64,000 bases of DNA from Octopus vulgaris (GCA_951406725.2 OX597820.1:96286001-96350000), one strand, 5' to 3'. Shown: positions 1-12,657, counted from the stretch's first letter. Notes: generated from the letters alone by a model not told the origin. Made by a program: numbers and translations.

Positions 1-284
1 GAGCAAGAAAAGAACATCGAAGAACATCTACATCCTTCCACGCCCTGCAAAAATTAACAAACCAAACTGTCTTAATTAGAATGAATAAAGTTATCGATAA
101 AATTGTCCTGAAAGTGAAAATTCTATTCATATAAACATGTGTCCCCAATCCACAATCCACACGAGAACTTCATCTGAAAGATAAGAATATGGACGATGCA
201 AACTCAATATTCCCTAAAAAAATGTTAGTGATTTCTAGAAGAAAACCCACCCATTTAGAATCAATTAAGACCATTTGCTAGGCT

Positions 285-645
285 TCCACATAAATACATC
301 AAATTTCATAAACTATAACACTGATAACATCAATAATAACCAAAGATATTTTTTTCAACACTACAGATCCGCAAAAAGACGTTTTAAATATATCGGAAGG
401 TTACAGACACAAGTAAACATTGTATATATAAACCAATAAATTTATCAATGCTGCTGCAATAAAGCAGTAACCTCCACATAAATACATCAAATTTCATAAA
501 TTATAACACTGACAACATCGATAACATCAATAATTACCAAAGATATTTTTTCAACACTACGGATCTGCACAAAATACATTTTACAAATATCAGAATTTTA
601 CAGACACAAGTAAACATTTGTATATGTAAACCAATAAATTTATAA
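285..645. repeat. Diverged tandem duplication, period about 188 bp
   Basis: CCACATAAATACATCAAATTTCATAAA...CAGACACAAGTAAACATT...AAACCAATAAATTTAT occurs at ~286 and ~474 with substitutions and indels. Confidence 0.85.
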
Positions 646-1104
646 ATTCAGCAATATAAGAGTTGCAGAAACAGTTCCATGAAATTAAAAATGACATCAT
701 CATCGACATGATAATTACGTTGCGTCAATCACGTTGCAGTCACATAAAGAATCAAGATTCCATAAATAACTATCATATATCTAATTAGGCGCAATATGAT
801 AGAAATGCAAATGTTGAAAGAATCTGACAACGCAGCCTTATATAGAAACAATAAAGATAGTACACAAGATAACACATCATCACATTTACTCTTCTTTTCC
901 CATCCCAAACATCCCATTTTCTGACATGATTTACTGGCTGCCAATAGATCTCACGTGGTTGTCTCAGTTTCGCAAATAAGTTTTACCATACGTATTCCAT
1001 TTCATCATTTTCTTTTTTTTTTAAACAACAAAAACGAAAGATTATTTTCTCCCTTCTATCTAAAACTTACCCGTGTTGTAACGCGTCCTTGTAATGTCCC
1101 CTAT

Positions 1105-1205
1105 TCGGGGTCGATAAATTAAGTACCAGTCGCGTACTGCGGTCGATCTAATCGACTGGACCCCTCCCAAAAAAATTTCAGGCCTTGTGCCTAGAGTAGA
1201 AAATA
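1105..1205 (+). mobile_element. tRNA-derived SINE (family A), 3' fragment
   Basis: TCGGGGTCGATAAATTAAGTACCAG...GGTCGAT.TAATCGAC core shared with 2703-3027 and 31846-32073. Confidence 0.7.
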
Positions 1206-1449
1206 ATAGAAGAAATCATTGTATTATTTTTATTTCTTATTCTTATCATTACAATTGTTAGAACAGTGGAGAAAAATGCCTTGCAGTATTTTGTTATATC
1301 TCTTTATGAAACACGTTTAACACCTGTCAAAGTAGATTCTGTGTTTCAACATTTTCGAAACGATAGAATAATTACCAGCCAAAAAATGAGGTCAATATAA
1401 CTGACTACAACACATCCCAAATGAGCGACCTTGTGCACATATCCCATAC

Positions 1450-1489
<40 letters not shown>

Positions 1490-1517
1490 ATTATTATTAT
1501 TATTATTATTATTATTC

Positions 1518-1881
1518 TATGTTTGACTTTTGCTTTATGTCCGTACAAGTTGGCTCCAAGTCTCACCCAGAGACCTCAAGAGACAACAGGTTTGAAGTTC
1601 TGTGCCATAAATTTGGGGGTTTTTTTGGAGGTTTTTTTGGTGTTGTACTAGTGAATGTCTAATACATAAAAATAAAATTAAAAATAAAAGAATGAATAAA
1701 ATAAAATAAAATAAATAAATAAATAAAAGTTTGTTTTAAACCTTGGGATTACATAGAGAGTATTTTGTGTAGGATATGAGCAGTTCCCATGAGCACTATC
1801 TTTTGAATTTCTGCCATTTTGGGGTTTCCTGGTATCTGCGTTAGGTAGCAATAATTCCCTTTCGCTATCATTCCCAGGGCA
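1518..1881. mobile_element. Unclassified non-coding insert bounded by (TTA)n on both sides, possibly a UTR remnant of a TAA-targeting LINE
   Basis: Unique sequence bounded by (TTA)n tracts at 1452-1516 and 1882-1926. Confidence 0.35.
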
Positions 1882-1927
1882 CATTATTATTATTATTATT
1901 ACTACTATTATTATTATTATTATTACT

Positions 1928-2550
1928 CATTCGTAACAGTGTAGGTACAAATGCACCGGAGTCTTTAGTCATCTGTCAAGTCACAAGGACCTCAGACAGA
2001 CAGATAATACTTTCTTTTAGACGTGTGCTGTGCCCAATAAGGCTGCTTTTTGCAAGACACCAATCTTGCTTGGGATTTCCAGTTGCCTCAAGAAGCCTTG
2101 AAGTTTCAATGGGATTGAGCCCAATGTTCCGATTACCACTGGTATCACTTTTACGTTACCATCTCGCATTCCATATAGTCTTATCATTTCCACTTTCAGT
2201 TCGGAGTACTTGGTGATTTTTTTTAAACTCTTTACTCACAACATTCACGTCATTTGGTTTGGCTACAACAATGAGCTGACAGTATTTGTTTCTCTTATTC
2301 AATATGACAATATCCGGCCGACGGTGTTCGATTACACAATCCGTCTGAAAATCATATTCCCAGAGTATTGTTATTTTTCTATCCTCCTGCATAACTTTAC
2401 TTCATACATTCTCATACCAGTTCTCTATTACTTCATATTGGTATTTACAGTATAAGAGCCAATGAAGATACACACACACTTAATCGTGGCGGCGCTTGTA
2501 TTCTTTTTGTGCAAGGCTCTCACATCCACTTTCCAAGTGGGTCACATTTT
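1928..2550 (-). mobile_element. R4/Dong-type non-LTR retrotransposon 3' fragment (REL endonuclease), degenerate
   Basis: Minus strand encodes THLESGCESLAQKEYKRRHD* and ILWEYDFQTDCVIEHRRPDIVILNK (RHD and RPD motifs); 3' end abuts (TAA)n. Confidence 0.85.
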
Positions 2551-2702
2551 CCAAAAAATAGAAATACTTCAAAATCCGAAACACGTTCAGTTCTGAAAAT
2601 TTTTAATAAGTGTTCAGCTAGATCATCTACATTTTAAATCATGTTTTTTCTGTTTGAGTGAATACAGTTACATTTTCTGTATATTAATTCGTGGGCATGG
2701 TA

Positions 2703-3027
2703 AGGCAGCGAGTTGGAAGAATCATTAGCATGCCAACTAAAATGCTTAGCGGTATTTTGCTCGTAAGCGGTATTTCGCCCGTAAAGCGGTATTCCGCCCG
2801 TAAAGCGGTATTCCACCCGTAAAGCGGTGTTTCTCCCGTAAAGCGGTAATCCGCCCGTAAAGCTATATTCCACCCGTCTTTACGTTCTGAATTCAATTTC
2901 TGAGTTCAGCTTTGCCTTCCATGCTTTCGAGGTCGATAAAATAAGTACCACTTGAAGACTGGAGTCGATGTAATCGACCTACTTCTACCCCAAAAATTGC
3001 TGGCCAAGTGCCAAAATTTAAAATCAA
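2703..3027 (+). mobile_element. tRNA-derived SINE (family A) with internal 19-bp minisatellite
   Basis: Head GGCAGCGAGTTGGAAGAATCATTAGC and body match the reverse complement of 31846-32073; about 7 copies of AAAGCGGTATTCCGCCCGT at 2748-2877. Confidence 0.8.
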
Positions 3028-3411
3028 TTCGTATCCAAGCTGAATTTGACGATACGCTATCGAATGACGAGCTGCGTATTATATATTCCCATTATATCTT
3101 CTTTCCTGTCATATGAACTCACACATAAATACTTGACAGTAGAATGCCTGAAATGATTTGATTAAAATATTCCCTGAGAGCAGTGATCCCCAATGTGGAG
3201 CATGTTCGCTAATATACACACTAGCTTAGCTATAGAAATAACACATTTGATAATGTGGTCCTAAATAGCCCCAAAACGACAGGATTGACGCAGCTAGAAT
3301 ATATAACTTCGATGATAGGTCTGACAAGTCAGGTCTCAGCTAGGGCTAAAAAACCACTGAGACAAAAGAAAGATAATCTTAAGATACATACACACACACA
3401 CACACACTCAC

Positions 3412-3491
<80 letters not shown>

Positions 3492-4263
3492 TATGTGTGT
3501 GTGTGTTATTTCATAATAGAGTACCATTAAGTTCTGATACATTTAGAAACGTCATGAAGATACAAAAAATGTATACTATTTAGAAACTTTTCATAACTTA
3601 CGTTGCCGAAGGTAAGATGATTAAAGAGATCTATCACATTTATGTTTTTTTTTTCTTACTGTTTGTCTAACAGAATTCAGATGATGTCGCTTTGTAAATT
3701 GGTTTGCGGAAAAAGAAAATATTTTCGTATTACACAATGTAAACATAGTAAGATAGGGGAAAGAGAAAAAGCAATAACAAATATGAGTATTTATGTTAAT
3801 AATAATTCTTTCCCAAAAGCACAATTCCATGAAGTAAACATAATTTCTGCATATGTTCCTACTCTCATGACAACAAAAACTTACGAAATATGAAAACAAC
3901 GTAACATATTGAAACTAAGGACTTTCGGGTAGGAAAATATTATAGAACCAGTGTTATTATACAATTATGACAAGTACGTATGCTTGTATGTGTGTATGTA
4001 TGTAAATATGTATGTATGTATGTATGTAGGTATCTATCTATCTGTCTATCTACCGATCGATCGATCGATCTATTTGTCTATCTACATGTCTAACTTTTTT
4101 ATCATTATATATATATATATATATAAATTAGGGTATCTGAGAGATACCACCATGCTAAAATAGCAGTCAAAACCCTAACCCTAAAAGCACCTTAAATGTC
4201 CATATCACACCAGGAGAGAAGACATAGAGACAAAATAAACTAGCAAAAATATTTTACTGGATA

Positions 4264-4322
4264 ATTCAAGATCCTGGATTTCTGGCTTTGCCTCAGTAAA
4301 ACTCTGCCTTCTTCAGTTGAAT
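4264..4322 (-). ncRNA. Type I hammerhead ribozyme
   Basis: Minus strand: AUUCAA-CUGAAGA-A GGC...GCC A-GAAA-UCC A GGA-U-C-UUGAAU; 6-bp stem I, near-palindromic stem III, AUC triplet; within a short insert (~4127-4350) between (TA)n tracts. Confidence 0.75.
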
Positions 4323-4345
4323 ATACCAGATAGGCACATAAATAC

Positions 4346-4403
<58 letters not shown>

Positions 4404-4494
4404 CATACGTTATACTTACATATACGAACGCTCATACATACATATATATACACGTATGTACAAGGCCAGGTTAACTTGCCCGCCAAACATATAC

Positions 4495-4589
<95 letters not shown>

Positions 4590-4811
4590 TCAATATAGGG
4601 TGGCAAAAAAATTTTGTAGAATTCTTTTGCCACCAGCGGCCTAGTAGGAAAAAATTAAAATAGTCATAGACCATTTTTAAGTTTAACATCAACAATAAAG
4701 GAACGGCCATAATAGGCCATTCACCCACTAGAAATAACAGCCAAAGCTTCAACCGCAAATAAAAGTTAATTCAGTAAACCAGGAGAAAATTTAAAAAACA
4801 TTTACCCTGTA

Positions 4812-4918
4812 ATTTCTTATACGATATACCGTTTCATCTGCTGATTAATGGTAAACTAACCTGATTAAATTAAATCAAGCCAATCTTCCACAGGCCCTCA
4901 GATTCGTCAGTAAGAAAT
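4812..4918 (-). ncRNA. Type I hammerhead ribozyme, copy 1 of array
   Basis: AUUUCUUA-CUGACGA-AUCUG...CAGAU-GAAA-CGGU AU AUCG-U-A-UAAGAAAU; 8-bp stem I, stem II extended by a GU-rich hairpin, GUA triplet (cut between 4820 and 4819). Confidence 0.85.
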
Positions 4919-5301
4919 AGCCCAAGACGGAACAGATATTTTCACGAGGCATTTCCGACGTTGCCAAGTTTATATCTGACCTAAAATTTTCAAATCGTCG
5001 CACTCGCGCCAAATTTATCGGCAGCAAATAAATATAAGCCGTCGATTCCATTACGGAATTAGCCAGAAAATTCATAATTAATCAATATAGGGTGGCAAAA
5101 AAATTTTGTAGAATTCTTTGCCACCAGCGGCCTAGTAGGAAAAAATTAAAATAGTCATAGACCATTTTTAAGTTTAACATCAACAATAAAGGAACGGCCA
5201 TAATAGGCCATTCACCCACTAGAAATAACAGCCAAAGCTTCAACCGCAAATAAAAGTTAATTCAGTAAACCAGGAGAAAATTTAAAAACATTTACCCTGT
5301 A

Positions 5302-5408
5302 ATTTCTTATACGATATACCGTTTCATCTGCTGATTAATGGTAAACTAACCTGATTAAATTAAATCAAGCCAATCTTCCACAGGCCCTCAGATTCGTCAG
5401 TAAGAAAT
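5302..5408 (-). ncRNA. Type I hammerhead ribozyme, copy 2 of array
   Basis: Same sequence as 4812-4918, offset 490 bp. Confidence 0.85.
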
Positions 5409-5824
5409 AGCCCAAGACGGAACAGATATTTTCACGAGGCATTTCCGACGTTGCCAAGTTTATATCTGACCTAAAATTTTCAAATCGTCGCACTCGCGCC
5501 AAATTTATCGGCAGCAAATAAATATAAGCCGTCGATTCCATTACGGAATTAGCCAGAAAATTCATAATTAATCAATATAGGGTGGCAAAAAAATTTTGTA
5601 GAATTCTTTTGCCACCAGCGGCCTAGTAGGAAAAAATTAAAATAGTCATAGACCATTTTTAAGTTTAACATCAACAATAAAGGAACGGCCATAATAGGCC
5701 ATTCACCCACTAGAAATAACAGCCAAAGCTTCAACCGCAAATAAAAGTTAATTCAGTAAACCAGGAGAAAATTTAAAAAACATTTACCCTGTATATATAT
5801 ATATATAGAAGAAAGAAGAAGAAG

Positions 5825-6156
5825 ACCCCCTTCGGTCATGAATGACCATGGGATTGCACCTAGAAAGTTACCCTCCTAGACACAAGTCCGGGCAAGGTTG
5901 TTTATGGAAGACCAGCAGTCGCCCATGCATACCAGCCTCCCCTCTCCACACCACCAGTGTTATCCAAGGGAAAGACAAAGGTCGATACAGCTTGGCACCA
6001 GTGACGTCGCAACTCATTTCTACAGCTGAGTGAACTGGAGCAACGTGAAATAAAGTGCCTTGCTCAAGAACACAACACGCAGCCCGGTCCGGGATTCGAG
6101 CTCACAACCTCACGATCGTAAGCTCGACGCTCTAACCACTGAGCCATGCGCCTCCA
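5825..6156 (-). mobile_element. tRNA-derived SINE (family B)
   Basis: Minus-strand head with A box TGGCTCAGTGG and B-box-like GCTCGAATCC, followed by TTGAGCAAGGCACTTTA...TCACTCAGCTGTA central domain. Confidence 0.8.
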
Positions 6157-6159
6157 TCC

Positions 6160-6207
<48 letters not shown>

Positions 6208-6230
6208 ATAAATATATATATATATATATA

Positions 6231-6478
6231 AATGAGGATAAAGATTCCATGAATCCGATCAACGGAACAGAGCCTGCTCGCGAAATTAATGTGCAAGTGG
6301 CTAAGCGCTCTAGAGACACGTGTACCCTTAACTTAGTTGTCAGAGAGATTCAGCATGACACAGAGAGTGACAGGGATGGCCCTTTGAAATACAGGTACTA
6401 CTCATTTTTGTCGCTTGGATCTGAACTCACTTACGATCGTAAGCCAAATGCTCTAACCACTATACCACGCGCTTTCAC
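6231..6478 (-). mobile_element. Degenerate tRNA-derived SINE with a family B-like head
   Basis: TTACGATCGTAAG...CTCTAACCACT head similar to 6112-6140. Confidence 0.55.
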
Positions 6479-6512
6479 ATAAGTATACATACATACATAA
6501 ATATATATATAC

Positions 6513-6568
<56 letters not shown>

Positions 6569-6570
<2 letters not shown>

Positions 6571-6973
6571 GAAATAGAAAGATGAATAATCTTGTTGCAG
6601 ATTAATCAAAAGTTTAACCGATACCTTGGTAGCAAAAATCACAGCAGAAGACAGCACGGTTGGAGGTACAACCATATGGTGTTGCAACCGTGCATTGGTG
6701 CGGATAATTGAATTTTAATATTATTAGTGAATTGAAGAAAACAGTTTGGCCATGGGCTCTTAGGAGCCTCGTTCGATTTGTTTTGCTCCGCCTCTGTTCT
6801 GTTTTTGTTTTTTCCAACGGATTTCCTATTTCTTCCTGAAGAGAAAGACACAATATGGTCCCCTTATTCAATCGGAATTTGGTAAATTGTGCCTTTCGAA
6901 ACACGTGTAGAATGCAATAAAACGATTTCTGTTCAATCTTCGTTCAACTCCATTTCTTCAATTCACTATTAAA

Positions 6974-6976
<3 letters not shown>
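6569..6976. mobile_element. TA-inserted non-coding element (family P1) with partial internal inversion; Penelope pLTR-like
   Basis: Near-identical to parts of 35711-36383; left part is inverted relative to the right, with a short overlapping IR (~6719-6741 vs ~6953-6976); (TA)n on both sides. Confidence 0.75.
6827..6919 (+). ncRNA. Type I hammerhead ribozyme (family P1)
   Basis: UUC-CUGAAGA-GAAAGACACAAU...AUUGUGCCUUUC-GAAA-CACGUG-U-A-GAA; 12-bp stem II with one mismatch, palindromic ACACGUGU stem III, GUA; stem I only 3 bp plus distal UAUU/AAUA. Confidence 0.7.
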
Positions 6977-7040
<64 letters not shown>

Positions 7041-7249
7041 AACCAATAAGGACAGGATTAATACCAAAAGGTAAATACCAAGAAGAAATATTTATCTCCC
7101 ACTTCAATATATTATATAAAACCGTTCAACCCGATACGCATTTTTCTCATTCAGTTTTTTTCTTTCTCTCCCCATTCCTTTCCTCTCATCCCTTTCTGTC
7201 GAAGAACTTAGGCTCGAAACTGTCTTTTACTTTCTGTACATTTCAACTA

Positions 7250-7313
<64 letters not shown>

Positions 7314-7393
7314 AATCTATAATATATATATACACACAAGACACACACATACATACGCACACAGTCACACACACACATATGTATGTATGTATG

Positions 7394-7426
<33 letters not shown>

Positions 7427-9884
7427 CATGAAAACTACTGCAATTATTTGAAATAGGCAGTTTAAGTTATGATTTGTATGTTGTAAATAAGTGTTAATTA
7501 ACTATTTAGAAATGTAAACACGCAATTAAACAATTCATGGATTCATCACTTTTTTCAAATGGCAAAAACACGATTAAGTTTCTCATCTTTACTAAAGCTG
7601 CCGTACAGCATTACCTGGAGATATAAATGGACTTGTAGAACTTATCTTTTACAAACTCATGTAAAAAACTGTAAAAGGAAAATTGTAATTCTCTAAAGCT
7701 TATAGAGCTGTACTGTAGGTGGAGGCGCATGGCTAACTATATAAAGACGCATGCGTTTAAAACTACATTTAATATCACTGCTAATGCTCTAAAGACCTTT
7801 TCTTGGGAAAAGCAAATTGATTGATAACTTACGTTCACTAAGGAGAATTCACTGTTAGATTTCACAGTTAGATTTCAAGAGAGCTCTGAAAAGGCTGTGT
7901 TAGTAGGATGTTAGCCTATGGCAATCCTTACTCTTTTAAATATTTGCGCTCTCATATTACACTTGAAAGGGTTCAAGGATGCTTTCAGCTATATATTTCT
8001 AGTGAATATAGGAAAGGCATCGTGAAGATGTATTCGCAAATAAGTTAATGACGAGGCCAGCAGCCTTCTATAAACTTAATCAGAATTACTGTTACGGGAC
8101 TGTTACGGGATATCCAGCAAGAATCTAGAATTATGGACGCCGGAAAACTATTCTGCAAATCTATATGGGTTTTATATATTTTATACATTTATAAAAGTAC
8201 TTCTGCTTGCAAATGACTATAAAGTAGTCGCACATACGCCATAGTCTATAGAAAGGATCATGCGTGCACGTTTGAGCGTGTTTGTGTGCGTTTGCATTTG
8301 TGTGCTTATTCTTGCGTCGTTTGTACGTAGGGGGATGCATAAGTACATCTGTATATGTATGTTTGTCTAGATAAAGTAAAGTGTTACCTCGAGTAGATAC
8401 CATTATGTCATAAAATACTTCAAAAGCAGTTCTCCTACTGGCCACAATCAAAAAGTTAAACCCAAAAATTTTTAAAGAATGAAATTAGGGATTCATCAGA
8501 TTCTTACTCAGCGTTTGAGTTAATGTAGAAATATAATATGATTTCACATCCTTTCTAATATAATATGATTTCATATCCTTTCTACTTAGTATTCCACTGA
8601 TTCCTCTCAGTATATTAGTGGAACTTAACAAATATGAATGACGGAAGTTAAATTTGCCTGAATTTACAACTCAGGAAGCAGAGTCGTGACATAAAATTCT
8701 GTGAAGTATTTTCTTTTATGTTATACAGTTTCAGTAAACAAGTTGATTATGGCAAATATAAAATCATATTTTCGTCAGATTGTCGAGTGTATGAGCGCTT
8801 TCTCTTATTCGAATACAATTCTATTGAACATTTTTACCATGTGCTAATTTCATTGCTAAATCGAATCACACTTGGAAATGAAAGCTTCATTGTCATATGT
8901 CTCCATTATGCAAATTAATTTTCTATCTCCGAATTAAGCTTGTTTCCTTCGCAATTGAATTATCCTGCCTTCATCCTTCCTGAGTTTTATTCATTGGTTG
9001 GTTATAATCTTCACACTGTATAATCTTTCTACTGTACTCTGTTAAGAATTCAAGATAACTGTATTTCATGCATCAAACTCCAACCTCTAGAATGCTTGCT
9101 CCTGCTTGTAATATCACACCAAGCACAAAGCAATTCAACACATAACACTAAAAGAAAACTGTCGTATGTTACGCCATACAAGTGGAATTTTTCAAGCCAA
9201 AATTTACAACCAAAAATGATGGGTTGACTTGTACAGCAAGACGATTTTGGTAGACAAAATATCCCTACATAATATACTACATCGAAATTTATGCCGGAAA
9301 ATACCATAATTGAACGCTATTATCACCCCAAGAAATATGTGCTAACACGTGCCTCACCAGTGACAAATACAGAGGAAGAGAACTTGTCTCTCTCCAAAAT
9401 ACTCCACCATATTCTCTCTCATTGTAGTCACCATCACCAGTAACTACAAGCTCCTTCATTGTTGCATGAATTGCTGATAACATCTAATCGACGAAATGCA
9501 TGGAACATGGCTAATATGATACTAATCAACAAGTGAACTTCACGTTAAATTTACTATTTCTTTTCATTTATTAATAGACCACACCAAATGAATTTTAAAG
9601 TCCCAAACAAAAAACCTATACATACCCATATAAACACATATTCATACACACGCAAACAGATGCAGGCATGGTCCACTATTAAGAAGCATGCTTTGCAACT
9701 TTCGGGTTCTGTACAACTGACTGGTACTTTGTGCAAATGTCTGCTACTATAGCTTTGGGCCAGCCAATGCTTTGTGAATGAATTTGATTGATAGTGGTTG
9801 CACGTTAACAAATCATGTATATATATATATAGCTTAAATGACCGAAACTTCAAAGTCACTGTCAATAATATTCTTGCTAAAGAA

Positions 9885-9957
<73 letters not shown>

Positions 9958-9997
9958 ATATACAATTATATATGTATATACATTTATTTATATATAT

Positions 9998-10406
9998 ATA
10001 ATGTAAAGTATAGAAGCCATCTTATCATGGCTAACCACATAAGGGAGGGGCTGTTACTGTAGCTTTATAGCCCCAAGAGATCGTTGTCTCTAGCTGGCTT
10101 TAGACACCATATCAGTGCCCTTGAAGTATTTGCAAAGGGGGGCCATCCCTTCCTCGCAATCCTGAGTGATACGCTCGGACTAGTTTCGGGATATTTGTCC
10201 CTTGTCAACGGGCGGTAACCACCAGGATGCGACGAAAGTGAAGGCTTCCTTGCAAATATATCAGTTTTTCTAGTGGCGTCAGCCACTGATTTCGAAAAAC
10301 TGACAGTAAGCATAATTAAATCTCAGAATGTGATTGAAACAGTAATCGCTCGATAATGTAAAGTATAGAAGCCATCTTATCATGGCTAACCACATAGGGG
10401 AGGGGC
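9998..10406 (-). mobile_element. 355-bp-period element with 54-bp terminal direct repeats carrying a hammerhead; retrozyme-like
   Basis: 9998-10051 repeated at 10353-10406 with one mismatch; interior has several long complementary segments; left end in TA-rich tract. Confidence 0.7.
10172..10214 (-). ncRNA. Type I hammerhead ribozyme with U3-A8 core covariation
   Basis: CGCCCG-UUGACAA-GGGA CAAAUA UCCC-GAAA-C UA G-U-C-CGAGCG; palindromic ACUAGU stem III, GUC triplet, stem I 5/6 paired. Confidence 0.7.
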
Positions 10407-10710
10407 AATGGCCCAGTGGTTAGGGCAGCGGACTCGCGGTCGTAGGGTCGCGGTTTCGATTCCCAGACCGGGCGTTGTGAGTGTTTATTGAGCGAAAACA
10501 CCTAAAGCTCCACGAAGCTCAGGCAGGGGGTGGTGGCGATCCCTGCTGTACTCTTTTGCCACAACTTTCTCTCACTCTTTCTTCTGTTGGCCTGCTCGCT
10601 TAGCCAGCGGGGTGGCGTCATTTAAAGGCTAAAACAATGCAAAGTGCATTGTGACCAGCGATGTATAACAACATCTGATAGCCTGGTCGGTCAAGGTGAT
10701 CACGGTGATA
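10399..10710 (+). mobile_element. tRNA-derived SINE (family C)
   Basis: A box TGGCCCAGTGG, B box GTTTCGATTCC, tail GGTGATCACGGTGA; near-identical to 48501-48813. Confidence 0.85.
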
Positions 10711-10791
10711 TGTATATATATATAATATATATACATTTAGATATGTATATACATATATTTATATAGATATAATATGTATGTATATATATAA

Positions 10792-10876
<85 letters not shown>

Positions 10877-10922
10877 TATGCGCATATATACATATGTATG
10901 TGTGTGTATGGAAGGATATATA

Positions 10923-10976
<54 letters not shown>

Positions 10977-11492
10977 AAGATCCAGAGACCGAAGTATAGG
11001 AAGAAAGTTATATTTAAGTAATCCGTAGTAAATATAAAAAACAACTTTCAAGGACAATAGTGGTTTATCGAGACGGAAGATTATGGATCTTTTCGTATCG
11101 AAAAAAAGTTTTTTTTTTATATTTTACGGTGAGTGACCAGGCTTCCCGAGTGTGCGAATAAGAATACAAGACTTATGGAATGGTCTAGATAAGATCTGGG
11201 CTACATGTTTCATAACGAATGGAACATCAGCAGTGGTAAATATCCAAGCGAGAAGATACATGTTAACTCATGGAAGATTCGGTCGGAATCTTCCATGTAC
11301 TAACATGTATTTCCTGGCGACAATGTAAACTTTCATTTTATCAAGATATCCTTCGCCTGGGTGTAGCTGCGGTATACACCTCCCTTGGATATTTACCACT
11401 TCTGTGGCTCCGCTCGCTATGAAATATATATAGCCCGGATCTTATATATACTCCATTCCTTAACTCTTCTATCTATCTATCTATATATATAT

Positions 11493-12426
11493 TGTTACGG
11501 AATCACCCGTCGCCGCTCGCCCGAACGGGCAAGTTCGCCACGGAACCCAGAGAGAAGAGAGGAGAGACACAACAACAACAGCAACAGCAGCACAGAGAGA
11601 TACAGAGAGGCAACCGAGAGAGACACAAAACGGCAAGGCAACAACTGGCTTACATTTAACAACTAGTTTATATGACAATCAATTGTTACAACATCAAAGC
11701 ATTTAAAGGAAACAACAAATCAATACAAGTATACAACAGATCAAAGCATTTAAACATGCTAGTAACAATATAACAGTCCGGAGACAACAGTTCTATTTCA
11801 AAGGTACTCGTCTGAAGACACATTAAAGGCCTAACAGTTCAATTGTTCATTATACAATGTTCGTATCACAACAATTCACGTTACAATTCAAAGTCCTTAA
11901 CGACTACATCAGAGTCCTTCTTTTTCTCTCTCTTTCTTCTTTCTCTTTCTTCTTTCTCTTTTTTCTTTTACATCGTAACACGTATCAATACAATTAAATA
12001 CCTTAATTCCTAATTGAATAGCCAGTGTCCCATATTGTAGTTTCTCTCCCTCAGTGCCGCTAGCTCCAACTTGCCAAGCTCTCGCATCCCAACCACTTGC
12101 CCTGACTTCCAAAACCCGACTGTCTAAAAACCTCACTTGCTCTGTCCTTGCCACTACCCTAATCCCTCTCTGCACTGCTAATAACCTCTCTATCTGCTCT
12201 CAGCCCTAACTGCCTATCTCTATCCGCGCTGCTGCCGTCATCCTCTCTTATGACAGCTCTCAGATCCCTTACTCTATCTTTCTCACTTCTTTCCTCTTCC
12301 TCTTCTTCAAGGGGTGTTTAGAACGACCTCTAGTTCACCCGAAAGGGGTCGCAGATTTACCCAGAACCGATCAATCCACCTGAATCTGACAGGACAATGG
12401 GTTTATCCCAACAGTAGGTCATAGCA
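11493..12426. mobile_element. Probable solo LTR (934 bp)
   Basis: Ends TGTTAC...TAGCA (TG...CA with imperfect terminal IR), ATAT on both flanks within TA tracts, no ORF. Confidence 0.6.
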
Positions 12427-12502
<76 letters not shown>

Positions 12503-12605
12503 TTACACACACGTAAATATGTATATATGCGCATATATATATATATACATATATATACATATATACATATTATATATATATAAATAAATGTAAATACATA
12601 TATAA

Positions 12606-12657
<52 letters not shown>

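Larger units (their letters stand above)
4585..5793 (-). mobile_element. Head-to-tail array of a 490-492 bp hammerhead-containing unit (about 2.4 copies); retrozyme/Penelope pLTR-like
   Basis: Units start at ~4585, ~5077 and ~5567 and appear to differ only by homopolymer indels; flanked by (TA)n on both sides; one hammerhead per full unit. Confidence 0.85.

Noticed and set aside
2748-2877. Regular short repeats resembling a CRISPR array
   Set aside because: No unique spacers, eukaryotic context, derived from a SINE
4170-4184. AACCCTAACCCTAA telomere-like motif
   Set aside because: Only about two units; not an interstitial telomeric array
7190-7230. TCGAAGA...CTCGAAAC after a pyrimidine tract, resembling a Penelope 3' region
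   Set aside because: Core and stems too degraded to call
10405-10470. tRNA-like sequences here and at other SINE heads
   Set aside because: They continue into SINE bodies and lack a proper acceptor stem; not tRNA genes
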